From an uncultured Chloroflexia bacterium (GTDB taxonomy: Bacteria; Chloroflexota; Limnocylindria; Limnocylindrales; CSP1-4), in the NCBI GenBank assembly GCA_963763775.1, contig CAVXPZ010000001.1:1280001-1344000 (forward strand): a DNA stretch of 64,000 nt, written 5' to 3'. Position numbers and translations under genes: made by a program. The notes below the pieces were generated by a model that made no database searches, was not told where the DNA came from, and was given only the letters and a program-made list of their open reading frames with translations. The first letter of the stretch is position 1; each line of letters starts with the position of its first letter. This document shows positions 1-9,746 of the stretch, piece after piece.

Positions 1-1143
1 GAGCCGCGATGCGCCGCGCCAGCGCGCAGTCGCGCTCGATCAGGTCCACGACGCCGCTGCCGTCCCATGGAGCGGAGGGCGGCGAGGACCGTGAACCCGC
101 GCGCTCGTCGCGACGACTCCGGGGACCCAGTTGTAGGGATCGCGCTCGCCGCCGGTGGTCTCGACGTAGTACGCCGCCCCGAGCGTCATCGACGCGTGGT
201 GGGCCGCGGCGTCGCGCACGAACACGAGGCCCGAGTCGTAGGGCACGTTCAGCCACTTGTGCGCGTCGGTCGACCAGGAATCCGCTTCGAGCGATCCGGC
301 CATCCGGTCCTGCATCGATGGCACGGCCGCCGCCCAGATCCCGAACGCGCCGTCGACGTGCACCCAGGCGCCGCGCGCATGGGCGATCGGGACGATGGTC
401 TCGAACGGGTCGTAGGCGCCGGTGTTCACGTTGCCGGCCTGCGCACAGACGATGACCGGCCCATCGATGGTGTCGAGCTCGGCCGCGAGCGCATCCGGCC
501 GCATCCGTCCCTGGTCGTCCGCCGCGACGATCCGGACCCGGTCCCCTTCCCGTCCCATGCCCAGCATCTGGAGCGAGGCGTACACGGTCACGTGCGTCCC
601 CGCGTGCGTGACGACCGTCAGATCCGGCGCGCCCTGGAGCCCGAGCCGCTCGACGTCCCAGCCGACCCGCGCCATGACCGCGTGCCGCGCCGCCGCCAGC
701 GCCGTGAAGTTCGCCATCGTCGCACCGGTCACGAACCCGACGCTCGTGCCCGCGGGCAGACCCAGCAGGTCGACGAGCCAGCCCGCCGCGACTTCCTCCG
801 CGACGGCGGCGGCCGGCGAGATGGCATAGAGGCCGGCGTTCTGGTCCCAGGCGCTCGTCATCCAGTCCGCCGCGAGCGCCGCCGGCACCGCGCCACCGAT
901 GACGAAGCCGAAGTACCGCGGCCCGGCGCTCGCGATGAGCCCCGCATCGGCGCTCGACACGAGCCACTCGAGGACGGCCGAGGGGTCGGTCGGGTCATCC
1001 GGGAGCGGGCCGCCCAGGGCCGCCCGCAACGTCGGCAGGTCGACGGGTCGGCCGACCGGCCGGTCGTCGAGCGACGCGAGGTACTCGGTCGCGAGCTCGG
1101 TCGTCCGACGCAGCAGGTCGGCGGGGACGGGATCGTCAGGCAT
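1..1143 (-). CDS. PLP-dependent group II amino-acid decarboxylase; runs off the window start; apparent +1 frameshift near 121
   Basis: Motifs GPRYFGFV, VHVDGAFG and DAHKWLNVPYDSG (PLP lysine). ATG at 1143 with GGAGGT RBS. The expected ESSRRARGF continues in another frame after ~121. Confidence 0.85.
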
Positions 1144-1236
1144 CGGACCTCCGGGGGCTCGCAACAGGCCACGTGGCAGGCGCTCAGGGTACCGCCAAGT
1201 GCTACCGTGATGGTCCGACCACGAGGAGCATCGGCC

Positions 1237-1626
1237 ATGGATCACGCGGCATTCCAACGGTGGCTCGAGCGCTATATCGATGCGTGGCGGCTGCTCGATC
1301 CGGTCGCCATCGGCGATCTCTTCAGCGCCGACGTCCGCTACGCCTTCGACCCCTTCGAGGAGGCGGTCACCGGTCGAGCGGCGATCGTCGCGTCGTGGCT
1401 CGCTGACCCGGATGCGCCCGGGTCGTGGGCCGCGGACTACGAGGTACTCGCCATCGATGGCGACGCGTGCGTCGCCCATGGGCGGACCCGCTACCTGACC
1501 GACGATCGCAAGGCCGTGGACCGCGAGTTCGCCAACATCTTCGTCTGCCGCTTCGATGACGAGGGCCGCTGCCGCGAGTTCACCGAGTACTACATGCGGC
1601 GCCGTCCGGAGGCCATCCCGGACTGA
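1237..1626 (+). CDS. SnoaL/NTF2-like protein
   Basis: MDHAAFQRWLERYIDAW...LFSADVRY...F(V)CRFDDEGRCREFTEYY; GAGGAG RBS upstream. Confidence 0.8.
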   Translation: MDHAAFQRWLERYIDAWRLLDPVAIGDLFSADVRYAFDPFEEAVTGRAAIVASWLADPDAPGSWAADYEVLAIDGDACVAHGRTRYLTDDRKAVDREFANIFVCRFDDEGRCREFTEYYMRRRPEAIPD

Positions 1627-1711
1627 CCGGCCCGGGTCGCGGAGCGCCTTCCACCCGGTGTACCCTCAGCGCCCGAAACCCCATCGAGCCAGCCCCGCGA
1701 GGTGATCGTCC

Positions 1712-2563
1712 ATGGCGCGAATCGTCCGAGGCGCGCTGGTCCAGGCGAGCTGGACCGGCGACAAGGAATCGATGATCCAGAAGCACGAGGCCTACGCGCA
1801 CGACGCGGCCAAGGCCGGTGCCCAGGTCGTCCTGTTCCAGGAGCTGTTCTACGGGCCGTACTTCTGCCAGGTCCAGGACGCGCAGTACTACAGCTACACC
1901 GAGCTGATCCCCGACGGCCCGACGACGAAGCGGATGCAGGCGCTCGCCAAGGAGACCGGCATGGTCGTCGTGGCGCCGATGTACGAGGAGGACGAGCAAG
2001 CCTCCGGCATCTACTACAACACGGCCGCGATCATCGATGCCGACGGCAAGTACCTCGGCAAGTACCGCAAGACGCACATCCCGCACGTCAAGGGCTTCTG
2101 GGAGAAGTTCTACTTCCGGCCCGGGAACCTCGGCTACCCGGTCTTCGAGACGGCCGTCGGCAAGGTCGGCGTGTACATCTGCTACGACCGACACTTCCCC
2201 GAGGGGGCGCGGGCACTCGGGCTCAATGGCGCCGAGATCGTCTTCATCCCGTCGGCGACGTCGCGCGGGCTGTCGGAGTACCTGTGGCGGATCGAGCAGC
2301 CGAGCCACGCGGTCGCGAACGGCTACTACGTCGGCACGATCAACCGGGTCGGCGTCGAGGCCGACTACGGCGACGACGACTTCTACGGCCAGAGCTACTT
2401 CGTCGACCCGCGCGGGCAGTTCGTGGGTGACGTCGGCTCGGCCCACGACGAGGAGTTGATCGTCCGCGACCTCGACATGGACAAGATCATGGAGGTCCGG
2501 AACACCTGGCAGTTCTATCGGGACCGCCGCCCTGACGCATATTCGGACCTCACGCGCCCGTAG
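1712..2563 (+). CDS. Nitrilase-family C-N hydrolase, probable beta-ureidopropionase
   Basis: Glu-Lys-Cys triad motifs FQELF, YRKTHIP and ICYDRHFPE; hydA nearby. Confidence 0.88.
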   Translation: MARIVRGALVQASWTGDKESMIQKHEAYAHDAAKAGAQVVLFQELFYGPYFCQVQDAQYYSYTELIPDGPTTKRMQALAKETGMVVVAPMYEEDEQASGIYYNTAAIIDADGKYLGKYRKTHIPHVKGFWEKFYFRPGNLGYPVFETAVGKVGVYICYDRHFPEGARALGLNGAEIVFIPSATSRGLSEYLWRIEQPSHAVANGYYVGTINRVGVEADYGDDDFYGQSYFVDPRGQFVGDVGSAHDEELIVRDLDMDKIMEVRNTWQFYRDRRPDAYSDLTRP

Positions 2564-2582
2564 AACGCGCTATCATCCGCGC

Positions 2583-2625
2583 CGGCTCGGCCGTCTGGAG
2601 GAGGACGGCCGAGCCGCTTCGTTCC
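2583..2625 (+). terminator. 13-bp perfect hairpin, terminator or 5'-UTR stem
   Basis: CGGCTCGGCCGTC-tggaggag-GACGGCCGAGCCG followed by cttcgttcc. Confidence 0.55.
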
Positions 2626-2646
2626 AGGGCTGGAGGCCGACCGCCG

Positions 2647-3639
2647 ATGCAGTTCGGATTCACGCTCAAACCGGAGCACTCCATCGAGCGCACGCTCGCG
2701 CTGACCCGGCAGGCGGAGGCCGCGGGCTTCGACTACGGCTGGCTCTTCGACTCGCACGTCCTCTGGCGGGATCCGTACCCGCTGCTCACGCTCATGGCCG
2801 GTGCGACGACACGCCTGCGCCTCGGGACCTGCGTCACGAACCCGGGCACCCGCGAGCCCACGGTCACGGCGTCGTCGCTCGCGACGCTCGACGAGATCTC
2901 CGGCGGCCGGATGGACCTCGGCATCGGCCGGGGTGATTCCGCCCGGCGCGTGCTCGGCAAGCCGCCCATCACGATGGCCAACACGGAGGAGGCGATCCGG
3001 GTCATCCGGGCGCTCGTCGCGGGCGAGCCCGTCACGTACGAGGGAACCGAGCTCGAGTTCCCGTGGACCACCGGCTGGACGCTCCCCGTCTGGGTCGCGG
3101 GCTACGGCCCGATGGCGCTCGCGATGACGGGGCGCGTCGCCGACGGGATCATCCTCCAGCTCGCCGACCCGGACCTGATCCGCTGGTTCACGGGCCAGGT
3201 GCGGGACGCCGCCACGGCCGCCGGTCGCGATCCCGCATCGATCAAGGTCCAGGCCGCGGCCCCGGCGCACGTCGGGCCGCGCGACGTCGGGCGCGCGCGG
3301 ACTCGCTGGTTCCCCGCCCTCGTCTCGAACCACGTGGTCGACCTGGTCAACAAGTACCCGCGCGACCAGCTGCCGGAGTCGTTGACCGGGTACATCACGG
3401 ACCGCGAGGGGTACGACTACCGACATCACGCCGAGGTCGGCTCGAGCAACGCCGGTTTCGTGGGCGACGAGGTCATCGATCGCTTCTGCATCCTCGGCTC
3501 GGTCGCCGAGCACGTCGACAAGCTCCACGAGCTCGCCGACGCCGGCGTGGACCAGTTCAACCTCTACCTGATGAACGGCGACGAAGAGGCCCAGCTGGAG
3601 ATCTACGGTCGCGACGTGATCCCGGCGATACGGCCCTAG
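2647..3639 (+). CDS. LLM-class F420-dependent oxidoreductase (TIGR03842-like)
   Basis: GFDYGWLFDSH, LGTCVTNP, SGGRMDLGIGRGDS and YGP..L...GRVADG; this family typically neighbours nitrilase and dihydropyrimidinase genes. Confidence 0.85.
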   Translation: MQFGFTLKPEHSIERTLALTRQAEAAGFDYGWLFDSHVLWRDPYPLLTLMAGATTRLRLGTCVTNPGTREPTVTASSLATLDEISGGRMDLGIGRGDSARRVLGKPPITMANTEEAIRVIRALVAGEPVTYEGTELEFPWTTGWTLPVWVAGYGPMALAMTGRVADGIILQLADPDLIRWFTGQVRDAATAAGRDPASIKVQAAAPAHVGPRDVGRARTRWFPALVSNHVVDLVNKYPRDQLPESLTGYITDREGYDYRHHAEVGSSNAGFVGDEVIDRFCILGSVAEHVDKLHELADAGVDQFNLYLMNGDEEAQLEIYGRDVIPAIRP

Positions 3640-3745
3640 GGCACACTGTCCGCAGGGGAACCCCATGGGGGGAGCGGATGTCAGCGATCGAGATCGGGGT
3701 CATCGACGTCGTGTGGTCCGGCCCGGCGCAGGCTCGGGTGACCGG

Positions 3746-5827
3746 ATGACCGGCTGGCGCGAGCTGCTCGCCCTGAGCCGCCCGCGATCGTGGGTCGAGA
3801 CGGGACTCCCCTTCTTCGCGGCCGCCTTCGCGGTCGAGCGCGGCCTGACGGTCGCGATCGTCCTGGGGACGGTCTACTTCCTCGGGCCGTACGGCCTGCT
3901 CCTGCACGGCCTCGACGAGCTCGGCCGCGAACCCACCAGCGACGCCCGGCCGGGCGACGGCGTCGCGGGTGATGCGGCCGGGGGGCCGGCGGCACCGTCG
4001 GATCGCCGAGGGACCATCCGCCTCGCCATCGCCGCCACGAACCTGGCGTTCCTCGTCGTGATCGTGCTCTTGAGCGGAGCGGCGGCCGGCGTCGGGTTCG
4101 CGCTGGCCGTCCTCGTGGCGATCGTGGCGACGACGCCGCCGCTGCGGACGAACGCGCGTCCGGTGGCCGACGTGGTCACCGACGCCGCGCGCGTCGTCGT
4201 GCCGGCCGCCTGCGGCTTCCTCGTGGCGGGACTGACCGTCGGCGCGCTCCCGTGGCTCGCGCTGCTGGCGTTCTTCGCCTGGGCCCTCGCTTCCTCGGCC
4301 CTCGGGACGATCGCCCGGCGCACCGTTGATCTCGCCGCTGGGCGGGTGTCCAGCGCCACGGCCTTCGGGGCACGGGCGACCGCCCTCGGCGTCCTCGTGG
4401 CGTACGTCGTCGCGGCCGCGGTCAGCGCGACGTCCGGCCAGGTCGGCGCGCTCGTCGCCCTGGCGCTCGACCTGTACCTCCTGCTGCCCGCGATGGTCCT
4501 GCTCGCCGATCGACACGAGCCGGCGACCATCGACGCGGCCGCCCATCGGGCGTGGGCGGGTCTGCGCGGCCTCAACGTCCTGGTCGGGCTGTGGATCGGT
4601 CTGCTGTTCCTGCGCGACTGGGATGTGCTGGGCTTCTCGTCATGGGAGATCGCGGTCATGACCACGACCGCGGTCGTGGCGTACACGCTGGCCAACGTCA
4701 TCGCCATCCGGGTCGCGACGCGCCGCCGGCGCGCCAGGAAGGCGGCCGACGACGACGCGATCGAGGCCCTGACGGTCGTCGTCCCGTGTCGCGACGAGGC
4801 CGGTCACCTGGACGAAACGATCGCGTCGCTCCTCGCGCAGACCTACGCGGACGCGACGATCCTCGTCGTCGATGACGGGTCGTCGGACGGCACGGCCGAT
4901 ATCGCCGCAGAGCTCCTGGGTGGCGACGGCCAGGTGGTGGTCGCGCCGGCGAAACCGGACGGCTGGACCGGCAAGGCCTGGGCCTGCCAGGTCGGCGCGA
5001 ACGCCTCGACCGGCGACCTCCTCCTGTTCATCGATGCGGACACGGCCCTGGTGCCGGTCGCCGTGCGGATCCTGGTCGAGCAGCTGCATGCTCGCCGGCT
5101 CGACCTGCTCTCCGGCCTGACGCGCGACGCGATGCCGACGAGAGGCGCCCGAGCGTCGATCCCCGGGTTCGCCCTGCTGCTGTTCGGGTTCGTCCCGATC
5201 TGGCTCGCCGGCCTCACCCGGGGTCGGCTCGTCGGCGCGGCCTTCGCCTATGGCCCGCTCATGCTGGTGCGCCGCGACGCCTACGAGGCGACCGGCGGTC
5301 ATGCGGCCGCGCCGGCGACCCTTCGCGACGACATCGACATGGCGCAACGGTTCGCGCGGGCCGGGCGGCGAGTCGGCACGGCCCACGCGGTGGACCTCGG
5401 CTGGACGCGGCACGACATCGATGCCGAGCCGGTCATCGGCAACTGGCGGCGGGTCTTCCTGCCCTATGCCGGCGGGTCCCTCGCGCTCGCGATCGCGACG
5501 GTCCTCGCCGAGACCGTGGCGTACGTCGTCCCGTTCCTCCTGCCGGTCATCGCCCTCGTCTCCGGCGTCGCATCCCGGACGCTGGTCGCCTCGTTCGTCC
5601 CGTTGCTGCTGTTGCTGGCGATGCGCGTCAGCCTCGCGTTCACCCGACGCCAGCCGGCCGCCACGATCCTGTGGCATCCCGTGACGATCGGCCTCACGCT
5701 CCTCGGACAGCTCGCCGGTCTCGTCGACCACGTGATCGGGCGGTCACCGCGGTGGCGGGGACGCGTCATCAACCGCTCCGGACCGACAGCCGCCGCGCCG
5801 ACGAGCGAGGGGATGGAGGTCGTCTGA
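3746..5827 (+). CDS. Fusion of a degenerate UbiA/CrtEb-like prenyltransferase domain and a GT2 glycosyltransferase
   Basis: N-terminal SRPRSW...PF and multiple TM helices. C-terminal VVVPCRDE, VVDDGSSDGT, GWTGKAWAC and LFIDAD. Confidence 0.75.
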   Translation: MTGWRELLALSRPRSWVETGLPFFAAAFAVERGLTVAIVLGTVYFLGPYGLLLHGLDELGREPTSDARPGDGVAGDAAGGPAAPSDRRGTIRLAIAATNLAFLVVIVLLSGAAAGVGFALAVLVAIVATTPPLRTNARPVADVVTDAARVVVPAACGFLVAGLTVGALPWLALLAFFAWALASSALGTIARRTVDLAAGRVSSATAFGARATALGVLVAYVVAAAVSATSGQVGALVALALDLYLLLPAMVLLADRHEPATIDAAAHRAWAGLRGLNVLVGLWIGLLFLRDWDVLGFSSWEIAVMTTTAVVAYTLANVIAIRVATRRRRARKAADDDAIEALTVVVPCRDEAGHLDETIASLLAQTYADATILVVDDGSSDGTADIAAELLGGDGQVVVAPAKPDGWTGKAWACQVGANASTGDLLLFIDADTALVPVAVRILVEQLHARRLDLLSGLTRDAMPTRGARASIPGFALLLFGFVPIWLAGLTRGRLVGAAFAYGPLMLVRRDAYEATGGHAAAPATLRDDIDMAQRFARAGRRVGTAHAVDLGWTRHDIDAEPVIGNWRRVFLPYAGGSLALAIATVLAETVAYVVPFLLPVIALVSGVASRTLVASFVPLLLLLAMRVSLAFTRRQPAATILWHPVTIGLTLLGQLAGLVDHVIGRSPRWRGRVINRSGPTAAAPTSEGMEVV

Positions 5828-6014
5828 GACGGTCGTACGTGGTGCGGCGGCGCACCGTTCGACGCGGCATCCCCGTGGCCGTGCACGATGCCGGACGCGG
5901 ATGGCCCGGATGTCAGGCTGGCGCCCGGTACCCGAGACCGAGGACGATGCCCGTCCGACCATGACGGGCGACGCGTGGAGGCGTGGCCGAGGGCGGATCG
6001 ATGGAGGTTGTCGC

Positions 6015-6203
6015 ATGCTCCGACGACGGGATGGCCGCGACCCCTGGTGGGGCCTCGAAGGGACCGGGGCGAAGCGCACGCGTCGACGCGTGCAAGCCGA
6101 AAGCGTGTTCGCGGTCGGGATGGCCATCGCCGCCTGCGGGTTGGTGGCCGCCGTGTGGCTGCGCCAGCTCGCGCCGCTCGCCCACCAACTCGGGCTCGCC
6201 TGA
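6015..6203 (+). CDS. Small hypothetical membrane protein (62 aa)
   Basis: GGAGG RBS at 6003-6007 and ATG at 6015; one C-terminal TM helix. Confidence 0.55.
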   Translation: MLRRRDGRDPWWGLEGTGAKRTRRRVQAESVFAVGMAIAACGLVAAVWLRQLAPLAHQLGLA

Positions 6204-6284
6204 GCGACCGACCCCCGCCGGACTCGGCGGTTCGCCTACCATCAACCTCCTGACCGACCGACGCCTGTCGCCCAGGAGGGATCG

Positions 6285-7682
6285 ATGCGCACGCTCATCA
6301 CCAACGGCTCGATCGTCACGGCCGATGGCACGTACCACGCGGACGTCCTCGTGGACGGCGAGCGCATCGACGCGATCGGCGCCGACCTGGCGGGACACGG
6401 CACGACCGCGGACGAGACGATCGACGCCGCAGGCAAGTACGTGATCCCCGGTGGGATCGACGTCCACACGCACATGGAACTGCCGTTCGGCGGGACCTTC
6501 GCCAAGGACACCTTCGAGACCGGGACCAGGGCCGCGGCGTTCGGCGGCACCACCTCGATCGTCGACTTCGCGGTCCAATCGCGTGGCGCGTCGCTCCGGG
6601 CCGGCCTGGATGCCTGGCACGCCAAGGCCGAGGGCAACGCGGTCGCCGACTATGGGTTCCACATGATCATGAGCGACGTCAACGACGACACGCTCGCCGA
6701 GATGGACACGCTCGTCGCCGAGGGCGTCCCCGACTTCAAGCTCTTCACGGCCTACCCGGGCGTCTTCTACAGCGACGACGGGGCGATCTTCCGGGCGATG
6801 CAGCAGACCGCGAAGAACGGCGGCCTGATCATGATGCACGCGGAGAACGGCATGGCCATCGACGTCGTCGCGGCCCAGACCGTCGCCGCGGGCACCACCG
6901 ACCCGATCGGCCACGGCCTCGCCCGCAAGGCCGTCTTCGAAGGCGAGGCGACGAACCGGGTCATCCGCCTGGCCGAGGCCGCCGGCGTGCCCGTCTATAT
7001 CGTCCACCTGTCGGCGCCCGACGCCCTCGCGGAAGTCCGGGCGGCGCGCGACCGCGGGACCCAGGCGTTCGCCGAGACCTGCCCGCAGTACCTGTTCCTG
7101 TCGCTCGACGACCTCGGCAACGGCTTCGAAGGCGCGAAATTCGTCTGCTCGCCGCCGCTCCGCCCGAAGGCGGTCTGGGACGACCTGTGGGTCGGGCTCG
7201 TGAAGGACGACCTCCAGCTCGTCTCCACCGACCATTGCCCGTTCGACTTCCACGGGCAGAAGGATCTGGGCCTCGGCGACTTCCGCAAGATCCCCAACGG
7301 CCTGCCCGGCGTCGAGGACCGCGTGGACCTGCTCCACGACGGCGGCGTGGTGGCCGGGAAGATCACCCGCGAGCGCTGGGTGGAGATCATCTCGACCGCA
7401 CCGGCCAAGCTCTTCGGGATGTACCCGACCAAGGGGGCCATCGCCGTCGGCTCGGATGCGGACCTCGTGGTCTACGACCCGGCCCGCCGGCACACGATCT
7501 CGGCCTCGACGCACCACATGGACGTGGACTACTCGTGCTACGAGGGCCGCACGGTCCAGGGCGGCAGCGACATCGTGATGAGCCGCGGCAGCGTCATCGT
7601 CCGGGACGGCGAGTTCACCGGCCGCAAGGGCCACGGCAAGTTCATCAAGCGCGCCCCGGCCGGCTACGCTCGCAGCCACTGA
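6285..7682 (+). CDS. hydA: Dihydropyrimidinase / D-hydantoinase
   Basis: PGGIDVHTH, carbamylated-Lys motif FKLF, HAENG, STDHCPF and PNGLPGVE. Confidence 0.93.
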   Translation: MRTLITNGSIVTADGTYHADVLVDGERIDAIGADLAGHGTTADETIDAAGKYVIPGGIDVHTHMELPFGGTFAKDTFETGTRAAAFGGTTSIVDFAVQSRGASLRAGLDAWHAKAEGNAVADYGFHMIMSDVNDDTLAEMDTLVAEGVPDFKLFTAYPGVFYSDDGAIFRAMQQTAKNGGLIMMHAENGMAIDVVAAQTVAAGTTDPIGHGLARKAVFEGEATNRVIRLAEAAGVPVYIVHLSAPDALAEVRAARDRGTQAFAETCPQYLFLSLDDLGNGFEGAKFVCSPPLRPKAVWDDLWVGLVKDDLQLVSTDHCPFDFHGQKDLGLGDFRKIPNGLPGVEDRVDLLHDGGVVAGKITRERWVEIISTAPAKLFGMYPTKGAIAVGSDADLVVYDPARRHTISASTHHMDVDYSCYEGRTVQGGSDIVMSRGSVIVRDGEFTGRKGHGKFIKRAPAGYARSH

Positions 7683-7699
7683 CCGCCGGCCCTCGCCGG

Positions 7700-8140
7700 A
7701 TGACGTCACCCGTCCGCCGCCTCCGGATCCCGGCCGACCTCGGCCGTCTTGCGGACGTCCGCGCGCTGGTCCGCGAAGCCGCACACGCCGCCGGGGCGGC
7801 GCCCGATAGCGTCGACGACCTGGTCCAGGCCGTGGATGAGGCCGCCACGAACACGATCGTGCACGGGTTCGCCGGGCGCCCGGGGTGGCTCGAGGTCTCG
7901 CTCGAGGTCGACGGGCCGGGGGTCGTGGTCACGCTGGAGGACGACGCGCCGACCTTCGATCCCACGGCCGTGCCCGAGCCGGACATGCGCGTCCCGGCGC
8001 TCGTCCGGGGTCCGGGCGGCATGGGCGTCCACCTCATGCGGCTGGCGACCGACACCCTAGACTATCGACCACGCGACGGCGGTGGCAACGTCCTGACCCT
8101 CACACGATCGCTGGACCCACGACCGAAGGAGGATGGCTAG
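7700..8140 (+). CDS. RsbW-like anti-sigma Ser/Thr kinase (HATPase_c)
   Basis: AVDEAATNTIVHG and GGMGVHLMR; immediately upstream of a STAS gene. Confidence 0.85.
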   Translation: MTSPVRRLRIPADLGRLADVRALVREAAHAAGAAPDSVDDLVQAVDEAATNTIVHGFAGRPGWLEVSLEVDGPGVVVTLEDDAPTFDPTAVPEPDMRVPALVRGPGGMGVHLMRLATDTLDYRPRDGGGNVLTLTRSLDPRPKEDG

Positions 8141-8560
8141 ATGGCATTGCAGACGACGGTCGAGCAGGCCGACGGCCGCGTCCCCGTCACGATCGTCGCG
8201 CTCGACGGCGAACTGGACGCCACCAGCTACGAGGGCGTCATCGACACGGTCCGCGGCGTGTACGAAGCGGGCGGCCGTGATCTTCTCCTGGACCTCACGA
8301 ACCTGTCGTTCATCTCGAGCTCCGGCCTCGTCGCGCTGCACTCGAGCCTGCGGCTCATGCGGGGCGAGGCGCCGCCGGACCCCGAATACGGCTGGGCCGC
8401 GATCCGGGCGATCGGTGACGAGGTCGACAGCGGCGCGGCCCAGACCAACGTGCGACTGTGCGGGACGCAGGACGGCGTCCAGAAGGTGCTCGATCGCACG
8501 GGCATGGGCCATCTCTTCCCGTCGCACCCGGATCGCGCCTCGGCGATCGCGGCGTTCTGA
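8141..8560 (+). CDS. STAS anti-sigma antagonist (RsbV-like)
   Basis: GELDA, LLLDLTNLSFISSSGL (phospho-Ser motif); AGGAGG RBS. Confidence 0.88.
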   Translation: MALQTTVEQADGRVPVTIVALDGELDATSYEGVIDTVRGVYEAGGRDLLLDLTNLSFISSSGLVALHSSLRLMRGEAPPDPEYGWAAIRAIGDEVDSGAAQTNVRLCGTQDGVQKVLDRTGMGHLFPSHPDRASAIAAF

Positions 8561-8582
8561 CCTCGGTGGGGCGCCGGGCTCG

Positions 8583-9746
8583 GTGACCACCGCACGCTCG
8601 CTGGAGCCGCGCCGCCTCGAACGGATCCTCGCGCCGTGGGCGTCCGATCGCGACGGTCCGAGCGTGGCCATCGAGGACCCGGGCGGCGCCGTCATCGCTG
8701 GCGCCGCGGGCCCTGCCGACGCCTCCCCGGGCGGTCCCCTCGCATCCGCACCCGCGATCCGCGCCGACGTGGTCGTCGACGGCGTCGTGGTCGCGCGGGT
8801 GGTCGCGACCGGACCCGCCGTGGCCGATCCGCGGATCCGCGCGGCGATGGCGTCCCTTGCGGTCGCCGTCGGCGAACTCGTGTCGGAAGCCGACGCCCAT
8901 CGGTCGACGGAGCGCGTCCTCGACGACCTGCGCGCCGCGACGACGGCTGAGACGCTCGGGACCGACGCTGCCGAACTGGCCAAGGGTCGCCGGCAGCAGC
9001 GCAGCCTGCTGTCCCTCGTCGCGCCGGATGTCCCGGGCTACGACCTGGCCAGCCACTACGCCGCCGCTCGCGAGATCGGGGGCGACTTCTTCGAACTGTT
9101 CCGCCTCGCCCGTCGCGGCCACCCGCTCGGGATCGTGATCGCCGACGTGACGGGCAAGGGCCTCGACGCGGCCCTGCTGATGGCGTTCGCCAGGCCCGTC
9201 ATCCACAGCGCCCTCGAGGGCGCCCGCGGACCGGCGGAGGCCCTGGAACGGACCAACCGCGTGCTGGTCGGGGAGCGGCGCGGCACGCTGTTCATCACGG
9301 CGCTCTGCGCGGTCCTCGAGCCGCGCCACGGCCGGGTCCGGATCGCCGACGCCGGGCACGAGCCGCCATGGCTCATCCCGGCCGACGGCGGCCCCCTCCG
9401 CACCGTCGGGGATCCCGGGGTGCTGCTCGGGGCCTTCGCGTCGGTCGACGCCCCGGAGACCGAGGCGATCCTCGAGCCCGGGGACGTCCTGCTGTTCTAC
9501 ACCGACGGGGTGACGGACGCCGTCGGGCCGACGGGCGAGCGGTTCGGCGACGAGCGGCTGGTCGCGACGCTCGCGGCCGCCCGTGGCGGCACCGCCCACG
9601 ACGTCGTGGCGGCCGTCCGGGACGCGGTGGTGGCGTTCCAGGCGGATGCCGAGCCGGCCGACGACGTGACGATCGTCGCGGTGGGACGCCGGCGAGGACC
9701 TAGCCGATCGTCGGGCGGCTCATCCGGCGCCGGTACTGTTCGTTGA
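8583..9746 (+). CDS. PP2C/SpoIIE-family phosphatase (RsbU-like)
   Basis: GGDFF, IADVTGKG, YTDGVTD and DDVT motifs; start codon approximate. Confidence 0.85.
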   Translation: MTTARSLEPRRLERILAPWASDRDGPSVAIEDPGGAVIAGAAGPADASPGGPLASAPAIRADVVVDGVVVARVVATGPAVADPRIRAAMASLAVAVGELVSEADAHRSTERVLDDLRAATTAETLGTDAAELAKGRRQQRSLLSLVAPDVPGYDLASHYAAAREIGGDFFELFRLARRGHPLGIVIADVTGKGLDAALLMAFARPVIHSALEGARGPAEALERTNRVLVGERRGTLFITALCAVLEPRHGRVRIADAGHEPPWLIPADGGPLRTVGDPGVLLGAFASVDAPETEAILEPGDVLLFYTDGVTDAVGPTGERFGDERLVATLAAARGGTAHDVVAAVRDAVVAFQADAEPADDVTIVAVGRRRGPSRSSGGSSGAGTVR

